Positions 35,977-38,761 of a stretch of DNA of 38,761 nt are shown piece by piece (the first letter of the stretch is position 1; each line of letters begins with the position of its first letter). The position numbers were made by a program, and so were the translations under genes. The DNA is from a virus (taxonomy: Duplodnaviria > Caudoviricetes), in IMG/VR virus record IMGVR_UViG_3300020440_001284, positions 1 through 38,761 of that record. One strand, 5' to 3'. The notes beneath the pieces are model-generated. The model made no database searches and was not told where the DNA came from. It saw only the letters and a list, made by a program, of their open reading frames with translations.

Positions 35977-36206
35977 TATTCATCCCAATCGTCATCTTCA
36001 TCAGGATCCTCTTCATCAAGATCCAAATAATAATTAATTGCTTGATCTAACACATCACAACTACCAAGTGCATCTCTAAATGTTTGATCATCTGCACCAT
36101 AGTCAGCACAAGTATCAACATAAGATTCTGCTACAGTATCAATAGTTTTTTTATCAATACTATCTTTGAATGTGTTCCACATATCAACAACAAGACTACT
36201 ATCCAT
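35976..36206 (-). CDS. small acidic hypothetical protein
   Basis: 76 aa with Asp/Glu-rich tail; GAGGAG RBS; between uvsX and uvsY. Confidence 0.75.
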   Translation of the reverse strand: MDSSLVVDMWNTFKDSIDKKTIDTVAESYVDTCADYGADDQTFRDALGSCDVLDQAINYYLDLDEEDPDEDDDWDE

Positions 36207-36211
36207 AACTT

Positions 36212-37297
36212 TTACTCCTCGGTTAATTCCAATTCAGTTGCCTCTTCTACAGGCTCTTCATCTTGGGTATTTACCACAGGTTTAAGTTTCTCGTTGTATT
36301 CTGACATAATCATGTCCAACTTTTCAGGTTCCATCCAAGCCTTACGATAATCTAAATGCTCTTCACCTTTTAGATCAATATACTTGAGTCTATTGCCTTG
36401 CTTTTCTAACAAGCCTTTTTTCTCAAACAATTCGATAAGACCACTGTAAGGATTCATACCAGTTTCATATGGGATCTTAACCTGCACACCTTCAAAAGGT
36501 TTTGCATATCTAGTCTTCATTACCTTACAACCAGCTCTGATACCACGTACTTCAGATATCTTATTGCCGCCTTCGTCTTCTTTAAGTTTCATCTTTTTCA
36601 TTGCAACAACAATTGATGATGCATAGATAAAACCTTGACCGCCACTAATCTTATCATCTGGATCAAACATATCCTGTGATGCATAAGTGTGGTTAGTACA
36701 TACTAGTCCTACATTGTAACTACCAATCATATTAACTGTGTTACGTACTAGTGCTGTCAACTGTTTAGGCTTACGACCCATGTCACCTTTCATATCACCT
36801 TTTTGGAACTGATCCATATCAGTAGGTGTAAGCAACATACCTAGTGAGTCAATTACAAACAATACTTTAGGACGATCTTCTTCGTTCATTGCTTTGTAAT
36901 CTGACATAAATGTTGAGATTGTTTTTGCTACATCATCAATCATTGACATGTTTAGTTTTAGAAGTTTATCTTCACCTGTGTCAACGTCTAATGCTTGTAG
37001 CCATGCTTCGTCAAGGGCATTCTCTGAGTCAATTAATACTACAAAGATACCTTGATCTTGTGCGTGTTTTACAATGTTACCTGCACAGAAATAACTTTTT
37101 CCTGCGCCTGATTCTCCTGCAAACACTGTTACTTTACCTAGTGGCACACCTTTGTGAAAGTCGCCTGATACTAGATAGTTTAATGCATATGAGCCTGTGC
37201 TGATCCAATCTGTAGGATCATTAAAGCCACTACTCATACCTGTGATACTTTTTGTTAAGTCCTTTCGGAACTTACTTACATCAAATGATTTAGCCAT
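36212..37297 (-). CDS. uvsX: RecA/UvsX recombinase
   Basis: ISTGS..LN, Walker A AGESGAGKS, IDSE.A, VIDSLG, NHTY, SGG.G..YASS, KTR. Confidence 0.95.
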   Translation of the reverse strand: MAKSFDVSKFRKDLTKSITGMSSGFNDPTDWISTGSYALNYLVSGDFHKGVPLGKVTVFAGESGAGKSYFCAGNIVKHAQDQGIFVVLIDSENALDEAWLQALDVDTGEDKLLKLNMSMIDDVAKTISTFMSDYKAMNEEDRPKVLFVIDSLGMLLTPTDMDQFQKGDMKGDMGRKPKQLTALVRNTVNMIGSYNVGLVCTNHTYASQDMFDPDDKISGGQGFIYASSIVVAMKKMKLKEDEGGNKISEVRGIRAGCKVMKTRYAKPFEGVQVKIPYETGMNPYSGLIELFEKKGLLEKQGNRLKYIDLKGEEHLDYRKAWMEPEKLDMIMSEYNEKLKPVVNTQDEEPVEEATELELTEE

Positions 37298-37317
37298 AGT
37301 TTCTCCTTGTTAAGCTA

Positions 37318-37337
37318 GTAGGGGATTGCTCCCCTAC
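37318..37337 (-). other. GNRA-capped RNA hairpin between SSB and uvsX
   Basis: perfect 8-bp stem GTAGGGGA/TCCCCTAC with GCAA loop on the coding strand; no good U tract. Confidence 0.7.
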
Positions 37338-37353
37338 AAATCTTGTTAAATGT

Positions 37354-38331
37354 TTATGATTGACGTGCTCTAATCATTGACAAAATGTCTTCAGCTTTGC
37401 CTGACGGAGCCGCTTCAGCCGTTTCAGTTACTGGTGCCGCTGGCGCCGCTTCAGTTACTGGTTCTTGAGCAGGTGCTTTTGGAGCCGGAGTTGCCGGAGC
37501 AGTTGGTGCTGGCTTAGATGCTTGTGGATCACCTGTTCTTGCCGCCATTCCCGCTGGACGGAAATATTGACCGAAACGATCCATATCATATGCTTCACCA
37601 TCTACTGATGCTTCAAACATTTCCTTCATTACTTTAACTTCAACTTCGGAAGGTTGCTTCGGAAGGAAGTCGCTCATGTTAAACAAGCCATTTGTTTCAA
37701 TTGCTTTCATTTCAGCATCATTAAGTGGACGCTCTCTACGTGCCCAATTAGATGTTGAATAATCTGCATATCCACCTTTACTTGTTTTGTTAAGACGGAA
37801 GTCTACACCAGCAGTATAATCTGTTGGCAGTTCTTCCATATCTGGATCCATAAGCGCCTGCTTAATAATTTGGAAAATCTGTGGACCAATAATAAATCTA
37901 CGAATCGGATTCTCTGGAGTTGAATCTTCGTTTAATGCATTTTCCGTTACAAAACCTTGGAATACATATGAACGCTTTTTCCAATACTTACGACCCATAT
38001 CTTCAAGACTTGGATCTTTAAACCAACCACGTACTTCATTTAAAATATCACATGTTTGACCATACATTTCCATACACGGAATTTGTACTTGTACAGGACG
38101 TGAATCAGTTTCACCTTTAATTCCTGCAAACGGAAGTTTAATCATCAAACGTTCTTTCCAAAAGAAAGTGTTTGTATCATCTCCGTCTGGAAGGAATCTA
38201 AGAGTTGAACTCTGTCCTTCTTGCATGTTCCAAAATGGGAAAATTGCGTTATCACCGCCTGATGATCGATTGCCACCAGTGTTTGATTCTTGTTCTTTGA
38301 GCTTTGCTCGGATTTCTGCTAGTGTTGCCAT
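37354..38331 (-). CDS. gp32: single-stranded DNA-binding protein (T4 gp32-like)
   Basis: LRFLPD, C....G..C.I, KK.SY, G.DF.L.K..KGGYADYSTS.W; Pro/Ala linker; adjacent to uvsX. Confidence 0.88.
   Translation of the reverse strand: MATLAEIRAKLKEQESNTGGNRSSGGDNAIFPFWNMQEGQSSTLRFLPDGDDTNTFFWKERLMIKLPFAGIKGETDSRPVQVQIPCMEMYGQTCDILNEVRGWFKDPSLEDMGRKYWKKRSYVFQGFVTENALNEDSTPENPIRRFIIGPQIFQIIKQALMDPDMEELPTDYTAGVDFRLNKTSKGGYADYSTSNWARRERPLNDAEMKAIETNGLFNMSDFLPKQPSEVEVKVMKEMFEASVDGEAYDMDRFGQYFRPAGMAARTGDPQASKPAPTAPATPAPKAPAQEPVTEAAPAAPVTETAEAAPSGKAEDILSMIRARQS
37423..37462 (-). repeat. short direct repeat in SSB linker (PVTE units)
   Basis: TTCAGTTACTGGT at 37423-37435 and 37450-37462. Confidence 0.7.
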
Positions 38332-38337
38332 AATATA

Positions 38338-38443
38338 AGCCTCCTATGTTTTTTGCCTTATAGCTGTTTTGTATTGCCTAAATGTGCATTACAGTCTATA
38401 TAATACACTCTTGTATTTATAAAGTCAAGTGTTTTCTTGACTT
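38338..38443 (-). promoter_or_regulatory. composite SSB control region: sigma70 promoter, embedded T4-late promoter, inverted repeat and leader motifs
   Basis: TTGACT (38428-38423)-17-TATTAT (38405-38400); TATAAATA (38421-38414); AAGTCAAG/CTTGACTT inverted repeat (38422-38443); TTAGGCAA, AAGGCAAA, GGAGGCT. Confidence 0.75.
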
Positions 38444-38457
38444 TTTTTTGAAATTGG

Positions 38458-38760
38458 CTATCTTAGTCCTGCTAAATGCTGGATTCTAGCCATTTCTTCT
38501 TCTTGCCCCTTCAATAATTCTGCCATTACTGCTTGGGCTTCGTCAACCATTTCGTCACCATACTGCTTTTGTACGGATGTCAAAACCGCTGTTTCTCCCT
38601 TAGGAAAGCTATTAGTAGTGTAATCATACAAGCTCTTAATAAACTCATCTAGTGGAATCTCGTTCTTTTGCTTCAGTTCGTCGCCGTTTCCTTTCGGACT
38701 GATATCAATTGTTGTTTCATTGTCACGCATATCAGGTTTACCATATGAAGGATCATCGGC
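38458..38760 (-). CDS. C-terminal part of a larger phage protein (5'-truncated by the window)
   Basis: frame stays open from 38730 to the window edge; ends MARIQHLAGLR. Confidence 0.7.
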   Translation of the reverse strand, partial: ADDPSYGKPDMRDNETTIDISPKGNGDELKQKNEIPLDEFIKSLYDYTTNSFPKGETAVLTSVQKQYGDEMVDEAQAVMAELLKGQEEEMARIQHLAGLR

Positions 38761-38761
38761 T

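Noticed and set aside
129-37203. Numerous 60-110 aa opposite-strand or alternate-frame ORFs in the track (e.g. 5392..5658, 7443..7778, 20109..20432, 36910..37203)
   Set aside because: They lie inside well-supported genes, lack RBS or motifs and read as shadow translations.
37318-37337. Rho-independent terminator after SSB
   Set aside because: Strong stem but no U tract on the coding strand; kept only as a generic hairpin.
1-38761. tRNA genes, CRISPR arrays, IS elements, diversity-generating retroelement, alternative genetic code
   Set aside because: No cloverleaf, regularly spaced repeats, transposase or RT motifs seen; ORFs tile the window fully under the standard code with all three stop codons used.

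Overview
The window is a gene-dense, AT-rich segment of a large T4-related dsDNA phage genome, probably from an aquatic Gram-negative host (inference). Almost all genes lie on the minus strand. It holds the replication/recombination core: gp32-like SSB, UvsX, UvsY, UvsW, gp61-like primase, gp41-like helicase and a probable gp62-like clamp-loader subunit. A ~13.6 kb glycan-modification island (about 21.9-35.5 kb) encodes glycosyltransferases, methyltransferases, a sulfotransferase and a cytidylyltransferase-cupin fusion. A kdsA-hemE-kdsB block, a peptide deformylase and a 2OG-Fe(II) oxygenase are also present. The most unusual items are: (1) two separate, strongly reduced DnaE (family C polymerase) genes of ~542 aa and 186 aa, both retaining the catalytic aspartates; (2) identical ordered leader motifs (ATAAATAC..TTAGGCAA..AAGGCAAA..GGAGGCT) in front of the SSB gene and the larger DnaE gene, which heads an operon with tandem nitrilases; (3) an intact hemE inserted between kdsA and kdsB; (4) near-consensus sigma70 promoters placed to give leaderless mRNAs; (5) a SutA-like mini-protein. 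I saw no tRNA, rRNA, CRISPR array or IS element. All family assignments come from reading motifs by eye; no database searches were run.
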